Positions 55,588 through 63,447 of a stretch of 64,000 nucleotides of DNA are shown here, piece by piece (the stretch's first letter is position 1; each line of letters begins with the position of its first letter). This DNA comes from Eubacteriales bacterium (GTDB lineage Bacteria; Bacillota; Clostridia; Oscillospirales; CAG-272): assembly GCA_045533505.1 (NCBI GenBank), contig JAZSHY010000014.1, positions 28,361-92,360 on the forward strand, written 5' to 3'. The notes beneath the pieces were generated by a model. It searched no databases and had not been told where the DNA came from. It saw only the letters and a program-made list of their open reading frames with translations. The position numbers were made by a program, and so were the translations under genes.

Positions 55588-56365
55588 GGTTGCCGTCGTG
55601 ACAGGGGCCTCCTGCGGTCTCGGTGCCGCCGTTTCGTCCCTGCTTGCCGATAAGGGCTACACCGTGTACGGGCTTTCGCGCCGCGGCACCGCCCCTCCGG
55701 GGGTGATTCCTCTTGCGGTAGACGTCACCGAGGAGGACAGGCTTTTTTCTGCCGTTGCCGACATTCAGGGACGGGAGGGCGGCATAGATGTTGCCGTTCT
55801 TGCCGCCGGTTGCGGAATCGCGGGCGCACTTGAATATCTGCCCACCGAGGAGGTGTCCCGTCAGGTGTCGGTCAACCTTATGGGGCTGGACGCCTCGCTT
55901 CGCGCGCTCACCCCTGCCCTCAGGGAAAGAGGAGGGCGCGTGCTGGCTATCGGCTCAGCCGCAGGTGTTTTCCCCATTCCCTTTCAGGCGCATTATTCTG
56001 CCACAAAGGCTGCTGTTGAGGTTCTGCTCCGCGCCTACGCGGGCGAGGTCGCGCCCTTTGGTATTCGTGTGGGAGTTGCGCTTCTCGGTGACACTGCCAC
56101 AGGCTTCACAGCCGCAAGACGCACCTGCACCGAGGGAGACACGCTTTACGGCGGAAGGATTACGGGCAGCGTTGCCAGAATGCAAAAGGATGAGGAGGGC
56201 GGCGCCTCCGCCGATGCCGTGGCGGCAGTGCTTGTCAGACGGTTGACCTCGCGCAGAATGCCCTACCGCTTTACCGTGGGCCTTCGGTATCGCCTTCTTT
56301 TGTTTCTGAACCGTCTCCTCCCCACACGCTGGGTAGACGGAATTATCCGCGCTATGTACCGATAG
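55577..56365 (+). CDS. Classical short-chain dehydrogenase/reductase (SDR)
   Basis: ATG at 55577 overlaps the upstream stop by 11 nt. Contains VAVVTGASCGLG (TGxxxGxG) and YSATKAA (YxxxK). Confidence 0.8.
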   Translation: MPNKVAVVTGASCGLGAAVSSLLADKGYTVYGLSRRGTAPPGVIPLAVDVTEEDRLFSAVADIQGREGGIDVAVLAAGCGIAGALEYLPTEEVSRQVSVNLMGLDASLRALTPALRERGGRVLAIGSAAGVFPIPFQAHYSATKAAVEVLLRAYAGEVAPFGIRVGVALLGDTATGFTAARRTCTEGDTLYGGRITGSVARMQKDEEGGASADAVAAVLVRRLTSRRMPYRFTVGLRYRLLLFLNRLLPTRWVDGIIRAMYR

Positions 56366-56484
56366 ACGCAAGCAAAAGGGCACCGCCTGCACACACGTCG
56401 CAGAGAACGGTGCCCTTTTTTGAAAATTCTGCGCTGTTATCCCCCGACATACGGGGGATTTTCGAAAGAATTTACAAAAAGATA

Positions 56485-56513
56485 TTGCAAGGCGCGGCGC
56501 ACAAGCATATAAT
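56485..56513 (+). promoter_or_regulatory. Promoter TTGCAA-17-TATAAT ending 6 nt before the murD ATG
   Basis: TTGCAA at 56485-56490, a 17-nt spacer, TATAAT at 56508-56513. The ATG is at 56520. Confidence 0.45.
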
Positions 56514-56519
56514 GATAGC

Positions 56520-57938
56520 ATGCCTGATTGCTTTTCGCCCCAAGAATTATCAAAAAGAGGACGTTCCATCGGAGGCGTGCCCCTCCCCGTGCTTTTTGAG
56601 AGAATGCGGCAAGGCGGCGTTGAGATTTGCGGAATCGGCGCGGCCAACCTGCCTCTTGTTTCTCTTTTGCCGGGGCTCGGTGTTAAGGTGCATACCGTGC
56701 GCGACAGAGCACAGCCCTCCCCTGACATTCTTGTCGAAATACAAAAAAGCGGCGCGCGCCCCCTCTTTGGCCCGGGATATCTTGCGGGGCTATCTGCCCC
56801 CGTCATCTTCCGCACTCCCTCGCTTCGCCCCGATACCCCCGAGCTCCTCGCGGCACGGGAACGGGGGGCCGTTGTTCTGACCGAGGCGGCGCTCACGCTT
56901 GCCATGGTGCCCTGCGAGCTCTTTGCCATCACGGGGAGCGACGGAAAAACCACCACCGCCATGTTGACGGCAGCCATGCTGCGGGCCGCAGGAAGGCGGG
57001 TGCATCTCGGCGGCAATATCGGCACGCCGCTGTTTTCGGCTCTCCCCTCTATGAAACGGGAGGACGCCGCCGTGCTTGAGCTTTCCAGCTTCCAGCTCAT
57101 GGACCTTGCCCCGCCCGAGGGAAGGTGCGCCGTTACGTGCCTTTCCGAGAACCATCTTGACTGGCACTCCGATTTTTCCGAATACGCGGCTGCCAAAGCC
57201 CGCATTCTGGGCGGCGGCACTGCCGTTCTGCCGTATGACGAGGCTCTGCTCGCCATGCTCGCCTACCGCGGCGACGTGTGCTATTTCGGGGAGGTGCCTC
57301 CCGAGGATACCGACCACCCTGCCGTTTTCCCTCACGGGGACACGGTTGTGCTTTCCGAGGGCGGCAGGCTGCTGCCCCTCTTTCCCGCCTCGCTTGCACC
57401 GCGCGGCGCCCATAATTTCAAAAACGCCATGACGGCGGCTGCCCTTACCCTCGGCAGTGTGCCGTGTGAGGCGATGGCAGCTGCCCTTGCCTCCTTTTCG
57501 CCGCCCCCTCACCGCGCCTCCTTCCTCGGACATTTTCGGGGGGTTGCCTGCTATGACTCCTCGATTGACACCACGCCGAGCCGCACCGCCGTAACGCTCG
57601 CCTCCTTCCCAAGCCCTCCCTACGTCCTTGTGGGAGGCAGAGGAAAGCGGCTTTCCTACCGCCCGCTTGCCGAGGCTCTGCTGGCCTTCGCTGTCGGGGC
57701 GGTCATCACGGGGGAGGACCGCATCGAAATGGCAAACGCCCTTGCCGAGGTCGACCCCGACGGACGCTTCCCCTTCCTCGTGGTGGCGGATTTCACCGAG
57801 GCCACCGCCCTCGCGCTTACGCTGGCGGAGCCGTGCGGCTGTCTCCTTCTCTCGCCCGCCGCTACCTCGCACGACGTCTTCCCCGATTACAGGGCAAGGG
57901 GCCGTGCCTTTGCCGAAATTCTCGCCGCCCTATCGTAA
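56520..57938 (+). CDS. murD: UDP-N-acetylmuramoyl-L-alanine--D-glutamate ligase
   Basis: Contains VEICGIGAANLPL (N-terminal Rossmann), ITGSDGKTTT (P-loop), LSSFQL and DSSIDTTPSRT. The start is provisional (ATG 56520 or ATG 56604). Confidence 0.8.
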   Translation: MPDCFSPQELSKRGRSIGGVPLPVLFERMRQGGVEICGIGAANLPLVSLLPGLGVKVHTVRDRAQPSPDILVEIQKSGARPLFGPGYLAGLSAPVIFRTPSLRPDTPELLAARERGAVVLTEAALTLAMVPCELFAITGSDGKTTTAMLTAAMLRAAGRRVHLGGNIGTPLFSALPSMKREDAAVLELSSFQLMDLAPPEGRCAVTCLSENHLDWHSDFSEYAAAKARILGGGTAVLPYDEALLAMLAYRGDVCYFGEVPPEDTDHPAVFPHGDTVVLSEGGRLLPLFPASLAPRGAHNFKNAMTAAALTLGSVPCEAMAAALASFSPPPHRASFLGHFRGVACYDSSIDTTPSRTAVTLASFPSPPYVLVGGRGKRLSYRPLAEALLAFAVGAVITGEDRIEMANALAEVDPDGRFPFLVVADFTEATALALTLAEPCGCLLLSPAATSHDVFPDYRARGRAFAEILAALS

Positions 57939-58006
57939 ATGCCGTGCTGTCGGTGCCCCCGTGGCGCCGACAGCCGAAAGAATAACCCCCCGAAAGTGAG
58001 GACCGT

Positions 58007-59074
58007 ATGTTGAAAAAGCTTTTTGCCCTTCTTCTCCTTCTGGCCCTGCCCTGCAGCCTTTTTGCCTGCGGTGGCAAGGAGCCGCCTTCTCTTCCCGAGG
58101 GCATGCAGATTGCCGAGCAGGGAGACGGCTACACCTTCTACGCCCCCGAGGGCTGGACGGTAGACGTCTCAACGGGAATTCCGATGGCCTATGTTTCGGC
58201 GGTGGATACCTCCAACATCACGCTCGTGCGGATTCTCTCCGACGCGCAGCCCGCCGACTACTTTGAAGCCTCTCGGACAAGCCTTGCTGCGCGCTTTGAG
58301 GACTTTCTGTACCTTGAGGAGCAGGAAAACAACGAAACCCTCCTCGGCGGCATGCCTGCCATTGTGCGTATGTACAGCGGCAAGCTTCTCGGCGTGTCTT
58401 ACACGGTAAAGCAGTATCTCTGCCGCAAGGACGCATACCTCTATCTTTTCACCTACACAGCCAAGAACGAGATACCCGCGGGCGAGAAAACCTACTTTGA
58501 GCGATATGAGGAGATGGCAGACAAGGCTGCCTCCGTCCTTTCCTTTCAGGGAGAAAGGGAGCCCTCGGTTCCCGCCGATGTACCGCCCGTAACCAATGCG
58601 GCAGGCATGACGCTTATTTCGGACCCCGCCGTCTCGCGCTATTCGATGTTTGTGCCGACGGGCTGGGAGAGCGACCTCAGGAACGGCACCACCTCGGCCA
58701 CAAGACCGGAGGGGGCAGTGCTCACGCTTTCGTACGAAATCCCCAAGGAAAACACCTTGCAGGAGCACTGGGAGGCACGCAGCCTTGCCTACGCCTCGCT
58801 CTATGAGGGCTATACCCTCCTCCCGGAGGAATGCTCGCCCCCCGCCGAAACCGAGGCAGAGGTGAGCTTCCGCCTCGGCGGTCAGCAGGCCGCCGCCTAC
58901 GTCTTCCGCTTCACAAGAGGGGGGCACACCTACAAATGCCGCAAGCTGATGACCGTGAGAGGGGTGTACGTCTACACCCTCTCCTACACCGCCCTTTACG
59001 AGGGCGAGGAGACCGTCTATGACCGCTATCTCGGCGAGGCAGACGCCGTAGCCGATGCCTTTACCTTTGACTGA
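58007..59074 (+). CDS. Hypothetical lipoprotein with two similar PsbP/DcrB-like halves
   Basis: Signal peptide plus lipobox MLKKLFALLLLLALPCSLFACGG. Two repeats each begin ...F.AP/VPxGW..D.... No firm family assignment. Confidence 0.65.
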   Translation: MLKKLFALLLLLALPCSLFACGGKEPPSLPEGMQIAEQGDGYTFYAPEGWTVDVSTGIPMAYVSAVDTSNITLVRILSDAQPADYFEASRTSLAARFEDFLYLEEQENNETLLGGMPAIVRMYSGKLLGVSYTVKQYLCRKDAYLYLFTYTAKNEIPAGEKTYFERYEEMADKAASVLSFQGEREPSVPADVPPVTNAAGMTLISDPAVSRYSMFVPTGWESDLRNGTTSATRPEGAVLTLSYEIPKENTLQEHWEARSLAYASLYEGYTLLPEECSPPAETEAEVSFRLGGQQAAAYVFRFTRGGHTYKCRKLMTVRGVYVYTLSYTALYEGEETVYDRYLGEADAVADAFTFD

Positions 59075-59075
59075 T

Positions 59076-60245
59076 ATGGCAGGCACCGTTTATCTCGACA
59101 ACAGCGCGACAACTCCCATCTGTGAGGAAGCACTCGCCCGATACTGCGAGGTGAGCCGCACGGTCTTCGGGAACCCCTCCTCCCTCCATGCCGTCGGTAA
59201 GCAGGCAGAGGACGTTCTGAAGGGGGCGCGCCTCTCTCTCCTCTCGGCCATCGGAGCAAAAGGCGGTCATATTGCCTTCCTCGCCTCGGGCACAGAGGCC
59301 AACAGCCTTGCCCTTTGGGGCAGGGCCCATGCGAAGGCGCGTTACCGCCGCGGAAAAATCCTCGCATCAAAGGGAGAGCACGCCTCGGTGAGCCAAACGC
59401 TTGCCGCCCTCCGCGAGGAGGGCTTTGCGGTGGAGGAAATACCCACCGTGGGCGGCGCTCTGGACATGGCAGCTCTTGAAGCCGCGCTGACGCCCGACAC
59501 CTTTCTCGTGTCGGTGATGGCGGTCAACAACGAAACGGGGGCCGTTTATCCGCTTTCGGAGGTGTCGCGTCTCATCGCGGCACGCGCGCCCGACTGCCTT
59601 CTGCATGTCGATGCCACTCAGGCACTCTTTCATATTCCGCTTTCGGTCTCCGCACTCGGAATCGACCTTCTTACGGTCTCCGCCCATAAGGTGGAGGGCC
59701 CGAAGGGTGTGGGTGCGCTGTATTACACCGAAAGGGTGAGAAAGGAAAAGGGGCTTGTGCCCCAGATTCTCGGCGGCGGCCAGGAGGACGGCATGCGCTC
59801 GGGCACCGAGAACGTACCGGGGATTGCCGCTTTTGCCGCCGCGTGCGATATAGGTAAAGAAAACTTTGCAAAAAGAGAGAAAATTCTTCTTTCCTTGCGG
59901 CAGTATCTCCTCAGGCGGCTTGCCGAGGAGCCTGCCCTCCGCGAGGTGAAGCCTCTTTTGCCGCCCGTCGCGGCACCGCACATTCTCACGCTGATTCTCC
60001 CGGGCATCAAGAGTGAGGTCATGCTGCACCATCTCTCGGCAGACGGCATCTCGGTGTCCAGCGGCTCGGCCTGCTCGTCCCACGGGAAGACGGGCTCTTC
60101 GCCCCTTCTGGCCTTCGGCTGCTCGCCCCGCGAGGCAGACACGGCCATTCGCGTGAGCCTTTCGCACCGCAACACCGAGGAGGAGCTTGCCCTCTTCCTG
60201 GCCTCGCTCGAGAGGGGCCTTGCCCGTCTCTCCCGCCTGCGCTGA
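59076..60245 (+). CDS. Cysteine desulfurase (NifS/IscS class V aminotransferase)
   Basis: ATG at 59076 (MAGTVYLDNSATTP). PLP lysine in SAHKVEGPKGVGALY and catalytic Cys in SSGSACSS. Confidence 0.9.
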   Translation: MAGTVYLDNSATTPICEEALARYCEVSRTVFGNPSSLHAVGKQAEDVLKGARLSLLSAIGAKGGHIAFLASGTEANSLALWGRAHAKARYRRGKILASKGEHASVSQTLAALREEGFAVEEIPTVGGALDMAALEAALTPDTFLVSVMAVNNETGAVYPLSEVSRLIAARAPDCLLHVDATQALFHIPLSVSALGIDLLTVSAHKVEGPKGVGALYYTERVRKEKGLVPQILGGGQEDGMRSGTENVPGIAAFAAACDIGKENFAKREKILLSLRQYLLRRLAEEPALREVKPLLPPVAAPHILTLILPGIKSEVMLHHLSADGISVSSGSACSSHGKTGSSPLLAFGCSPREADTAIRVSLSHRNTEEELALFLASLERGLARLSRLR

Positions 60246-60250
60246 CCGTA

Positions 60251-60287
60251 AAAAAAACCAACCGAGCGACAAATGTCGCTCGGTTGG
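60251..60287 (-). terminator. Minus-strand intrinsic terminator (T-run only on the minus strand)
   Basis: The + strand reads AAAAAAAA-CCAACCGAGCGAC-AAAT-GTCGCTCGGTTGG-CCCC. On the minus strand the 13-bp hairpin is followed by TTTTTTTT. It therefore terminates a transcript coming from the right, not the + strand desulfurase gene. Confidence 0.7.
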
Positions 60288-60545
60288 CCCCATAAGCCGG
60301 ACAGTTATATCAACGGGCTGTCTGCCTTCCGTCTCCCGAACGGGAGCCTACAACCGTGGGCAGGGGGCGTCCTCGCGGCACAACGCCGCCACCTTAGGGA
60401 AAAGCCCTGACCTCGCGCCGCCCATTCCCCACCTTGGCAAGCCGAAGGGCTGCCGATACGGAAGGATGCTATGGGAGGGAGCGCCGACACGCTCCCTCAC
60501 GAAAGCCCGTCTTGCGCTACCACCGTTATCTTGCCCCGAGGGCAC
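60251..60545 (-). ncRNA. Candidate ~290-nt structured non-coding RNA of unassigned class
   Basis: Bounded by a minus-strand promoter-like element (60549-60577) and the minus-strand terminator, with no credible ORF inside. Nested complementary segments: 60313-60319/60504-60510 (7 bp), 60325-60332/60458-60465 (8 bp), and hairpins at 60333-60346, 60436-60454 and 60475-60498 (9 bp). The minus strand is G-rich. Confidence 0.45.
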
Positions 60546-60548
60546 CGC

Positions 60549-60577
60549 TTTATACATAAAATTTTTGAAAAAAACAA
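60549..60577 (-). promoter_or_regulatory. Promoter-like TTGTTT-17-TATAAA on the minus strand
   Basis: The reverse complement reads TTGTTT (60577-60572), a 17-nt spacer ending in TG, then TATAAA (60554-60549). Confidence 0.4.
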
Positions 60578-60593
60578 AAAGGACAGACATATC

Positions 60594-61838
60594 ATGCAAA
60601 ACGGAATCTTCACGGAGGCAGACCTCCTTTTGCCCGACTTTCAAAAAACCGACGGCAGCCGCTACGCCGTTATCGCCTGCGACCAGTTCACAAGCGAGCC
60701 CCTCTACTGGGAGGAGGCCGAGCGCCTTGTGGCCGATGCCCCCTCTACCCTCGGCATGATTCTTCCCGAATGCTATCTTGCCCTTCGTGAGGAAAAAATC
60801 CCCGCCATCAACAGGACCATGGAGAGCCTCCTCGCCGAGGGCTTCTTCCTCTCCTACCCCCAAAGCATTCTCTATCTTTGCCGCACCCTGCCCGACGGGA
60901 GAATACGCCGTGGGCTCGTCGGCGCCTGTGACCTTGAGGCCTACGGCTTTCTGCCCGAGGACCGCCTCCCCATCCGTGCCACCGAGGGCACGGTGCTCGA
61001 AAGAATTCCGCCCCGTGTGGAAATCCGCCGTGACGCGCCCCTGGAGCTCCCCCACGTGATGCTTCTTATGGACGACAGAGAGGACACCGTCTTCTCCCGT
61101 GTTGTGCGCACCGAGGAGGACCGCCCCCTTTATGACTTCCCCCTGATGGCAGAGGGCGGGCATGTGCGCGGTTACCTCCTCACCGATGATGAAAAGGCCG
61201 CCATCGACAAGGCGCTCTCGGCACTGAGCGTGAAGGACGAGACGGGTGCCCCGCTTCTTTTTGCCGTGGGTGACGGCAACCACTCGCTTGCCACCGCCAA
61301 GACCTGCTATACGGAGCTTAAAGCACGCATCGGCGCCGAGGCGGCGGCGCGCCACCCCGCGCGCTACGCGCTCGTGGAGCTTGTCAATCTGCACGACGAG
61401 GCACTCGACTTTGAGCCCATCTTCCGCGTTGTGATGGGGGCAGACGCCGATGACCTTGTCGCCTCCCTCCGCGACTACACCGAGAGGGCTGCCGATGCCT
61501 CGCTCGGCACCGCCGATTTCACGGTGATTGCCGCGGGGCACGAGGAGAAGCTCACGCTCAAGGGGACGCACGTGCAGCCCGTCGGCACTCTGCAAGCCTT
61601 CCTCGACGTCTATACCGCCGCCCACCCCGAGGTGACGGTGGACTACATTCATGACGAGGACTCGCTCCGTGCCCTCTCGGTGCGCGAGGGAGCCGTGGGC
61701 TTCCTCTTCCGCGGCATGAAAAAGGAAGACCTCTTCCCCGCCATTCTTCGCTCGGGCCCCCTGCCGAGAAAAACCTTTTCGATGGGGCACGCGAGAGATA
61801 AGCGGTACTACCTTGAAGCACGGCGGATTCGCCCCTGA
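60594..61838 (+). CDS. DUF1015-family protein
   Basis: ATG at 60594 inside the listed ORF 60471... Contains GLVGACDLEAY, IRATEGT, LELPHVMLLMDD, FAVGDGNHSLATAK and LVELVNLHDEALDFEPIFRVV, matching the DUF1015 pattern as I remember it. Confidence 0.75.
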   Translation: MQNGIFTEADLLLPDFQKTDGSRYAVIACDQFTSEPLYWEEAERLVADAPSTLGMILPECYLALREEKIPAINRTMESLLAEGFFLSYPQSILYLCRTLPDGRIRRGLVGACDLEAYGFLPEDRLPIRATEGTVLERIPPRVEIRRDAPLELPHVMLLMDDREDTVFSRVVRTEEDRPLYDFPLMAEGGHVRGYLLTDDEKAAIDKALSALSVKDETGAPLLFAVGDGNHSLATAKTCYTELKARIGAEAAARHPARYALVELVNLHDEALDFEPIFRVVMGADADDLVASLRDYTERAADASLGTADFTVIAAGHEEKLTLKGTHVQPVGTLQAFLDVYTAAHPEVTVDYIHDEDSLRALSVREGAVGFLFRGMKKEDLFPAILRSGPLPRKTFSMGHARDKRYYLEARRIRP

Positions 61839-62034
61839 TAAAATAAAAAGCTACACCTAAGTTTGCCCTCTGGGCATTATACTCGTTGCAATTCAATTCA
61901 TGGAGAAGACAATACGCCGACAAGAACTCATGGCGAAGCCAATTCATGATGCGATAGCATCAATTCACCTATAAAAACAAGCAGAGCAAGAATAGCGTGA
62001 TATTCTTAATGGAGAATTATTGCTACTTAAACAC

Positions 62035-62068
62035 AAAAAGGTCTTTGCAAACTTGCAAAGACCTTTTT
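62035..62068. terminator. Terminator hairpin 3' of the methyltransferase gene
   Basis: AAAAAGGTCTTTGCAA-AC-TTGCAAAGACCTTTTT is a perfect 16-bp arm palindrome with A/T runs on both sides. Confidence 0.7.
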
Positions 62069-62077
62069 GTGTTTATC

Positions 62078-63262
62078 TTAGTTATCGTATGCTCGCAAGG
62101 ACTTCAGCATTTCTTCTGCTACCGCCTTAATAACAGGCACAGCTACGGAGTTGCCGCATTGTTTCTTTATCTTTCCATACGGTAATACAATTCTGAATGT
62201 ATCAGGAAATCCTTGTATGCGAAGCATTTCTCTTTCTGTCGGGCGGCGTTCGTCATTAACAAGAATATAGTTTGCGGAAGCTCCTGCACGGAGTGCCGAA
62301 GAATACGGATGCGGAGTAACCGATCCAGCCATATTTTCGTGAGAAATGTAGGGCTTAGGATAGTCCTTGTCTCGCAGTCTATCCAGCCTTGACAACTTGA
62401 TAGATTCTTTTACATAGTATCTTGCATCAACATTCTCTTCAAGAATATCGGAAAGCGAAAGTCTATCGCTTTCACTAACAGGCTTTGGAAATTCAAACGG
62501 AATATCCTTTAAGAAACCAACAATAATAATTCTTTCTCTCTTTTGCGGCACACCATAATCAAGAGCATTGAGAACCTTTGCGTGAACGGTATATCCAAGA
62601 GCCTCCAAATGTTCACGAATAACCTTAAATGTATTTCCGTTATCGTGTGCCACCAAGTTTCTAACATTCTCAAGCATAAATGCCGAGGGGCGTTTTGCCT
62701 TCAGTATACGCTCGATATCAAAAAACAGAGTGCCGCAAGTTTCGTTGGCAAACCCCTCTTTTTTTCCTATAATGGAAAAGGCTTGACAAGGGAAACCGCC
62801 AAGAAGGATATCAAAGTCGGGAATATCCTCGGCATTGATTTTGGTTATATCTCCCGATGGGTATTCGCCAAAATTTGCTTCATAGGTCTTACACGCATCT
62901 TCATCAAATTCAGAGGAAAATACACATTGTCCTCCTACACTCTCAAAACCCAGTCGAATACCTCCAATACCTGCAAACAAATCAATAAACTTAAATGTAT
63001 TCCACTTATTATTTGGAGATTGTGTCGGAATGATGGGCGTAGCTATTACAACCTCAGGTGTAGCCGTTGTGTCAGAAACACGGAACAGATCTTCAACGGT
63101 TGTATTCAGTATAGTTGCCAATTTTAAGGCTATATCCACCGAAGGAATAGAGGTAGATTTTTCTATGGATGAAAGTGCCCTGCGGCTAATGCCGACTTTG
63201 TTAGACAGTTCGGTTTGAGTTAATCCGACTCGCTTTCTTTGTATTTCAACAGTAGAAATCAT
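62078..63262 (-). CDS. DNA (cytosine-5)-methyltransferase with N-terminal XRE-type HTH domain
   Basis: ATG at 63262 (MISTVEIQRKRVGLTQTELSNKVGISRRALSSIEKSTSIPSVDIALKLATIL is an HTH_3-like domain). The C5-MTase motifs follow: I FIDLFAGIGG, IV GGFPCQAFS, VI FMLENV, VIII QKRERIIIVGF, X GNSVAVPV. Confidence 0.9.
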   Translation of the reverse strand: MISTVEIQRKRVGLTQTELSNKVGISRRALSSIEKSTSIPSVDIALKLATILNTTVEDLFRVSDTTATPEVVIATPIIPTQSPNNKWNTFKFIDLFAGIGGIRLGFESVGGQCVFSSEFDEDACKTYEANFGEYPSGDITKINAEDIPDFDILLGGFPCQAFSIIGKKEGFANETCGTLFFDIERILKAKRPSAFMLENVRNLVAHDNGNTFKVIREHLEALGYTVHAKVLNALDYGVPQKRERIIIVGFLKDIPFEFPKPVSESDRLSLSDILEENVDARYYVKESIKLSRLDRLRDKDYPKPYISHENMAGSVTPHPYSSALRAGASANYILVNDERRPTEREMLRIQGFPDTFRIVLPYGKIKKQCGNSVAVPVIKAVAEEMLKSLRAYDN

Positions 63263-63336
63263 AGTACATCCCTTCACCAACTATGAGAAGTTTGCTTCCC
63301 GTTTAGTGTAACATAAATCGAATAAATTGTCAAGCG

Positions 63337-63348
63337 ATATTCGAATAT
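63337..63348. promoter_or_regulatory. Perfect 12-bp palindrome ATATTCGAATAT in the divergent M/R intergenic region (candidate operator)
   Basis: It is centred in the 185-bp spacer between the divergent genes. Related TCGAA(T/A)A half-sites lie at ~63318 and ~63351. A direct repeat TATGATATAA occurs twice (63397-63406 and 63408-63417), giving -10-like boxes for the + strand gene. Confidence 0.35.
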
Positions 63349-63447
63349 TCTCGAAAAATTTATTTTTAGCTTTAACTATATACAACGACGAAAATCTATG
63401 ATATAATTATGATATAAAGTGACTATTTGTGTACTTGGGAGGAAGAT

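Noticed and set aside
60251-60545. Assigning the candidate ncRNA to SRP RNA, RNase P RNA, tmRNA, a cobalamin or lysine riboswitch, or a T-box.
   Set aside because: The length is close to Bacillus-type SRP RNA, but the universal helix-8 motif (GGUCC-GGAA-GGAAGCAGC) is absent and the inferred fold is branched rather than rod-like. The 3' CCGGCUUAU resembles RNase P CR-V, but there is no GAGGAAAGUCC partner and the RNA is too short. There is no tag ORF or CCA-end for tmRNA. There is no B12 box with GCCACUG. No downstream gene on that strand exists for a riboswitch or T-box. It is left unassigned.
60632-60642. Minus-strand GAAAGUCGGGC, which resembles RNase P CR-I and could pair with CCGGCUU at ~60294. 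This hints at a ~400-nt RNase P RNA.
   Set aside because: It lies inside the conserved N-terminal coding sequence of the DUF1015 gene (LLPDFQ). It is separated from the structured region by an AT-rich promoter-like tract. This is most likely coincidence.
61839-62077. Integrase, transposase, tRNA or att site marking the left end of the low-GC island.
   Set aside because: No ORF with recombinase features and no tRNA-like sequence is present in the visible part. Only short CAATTCA repeats are seen. The mobile-element type therefore cannot be called from this window.
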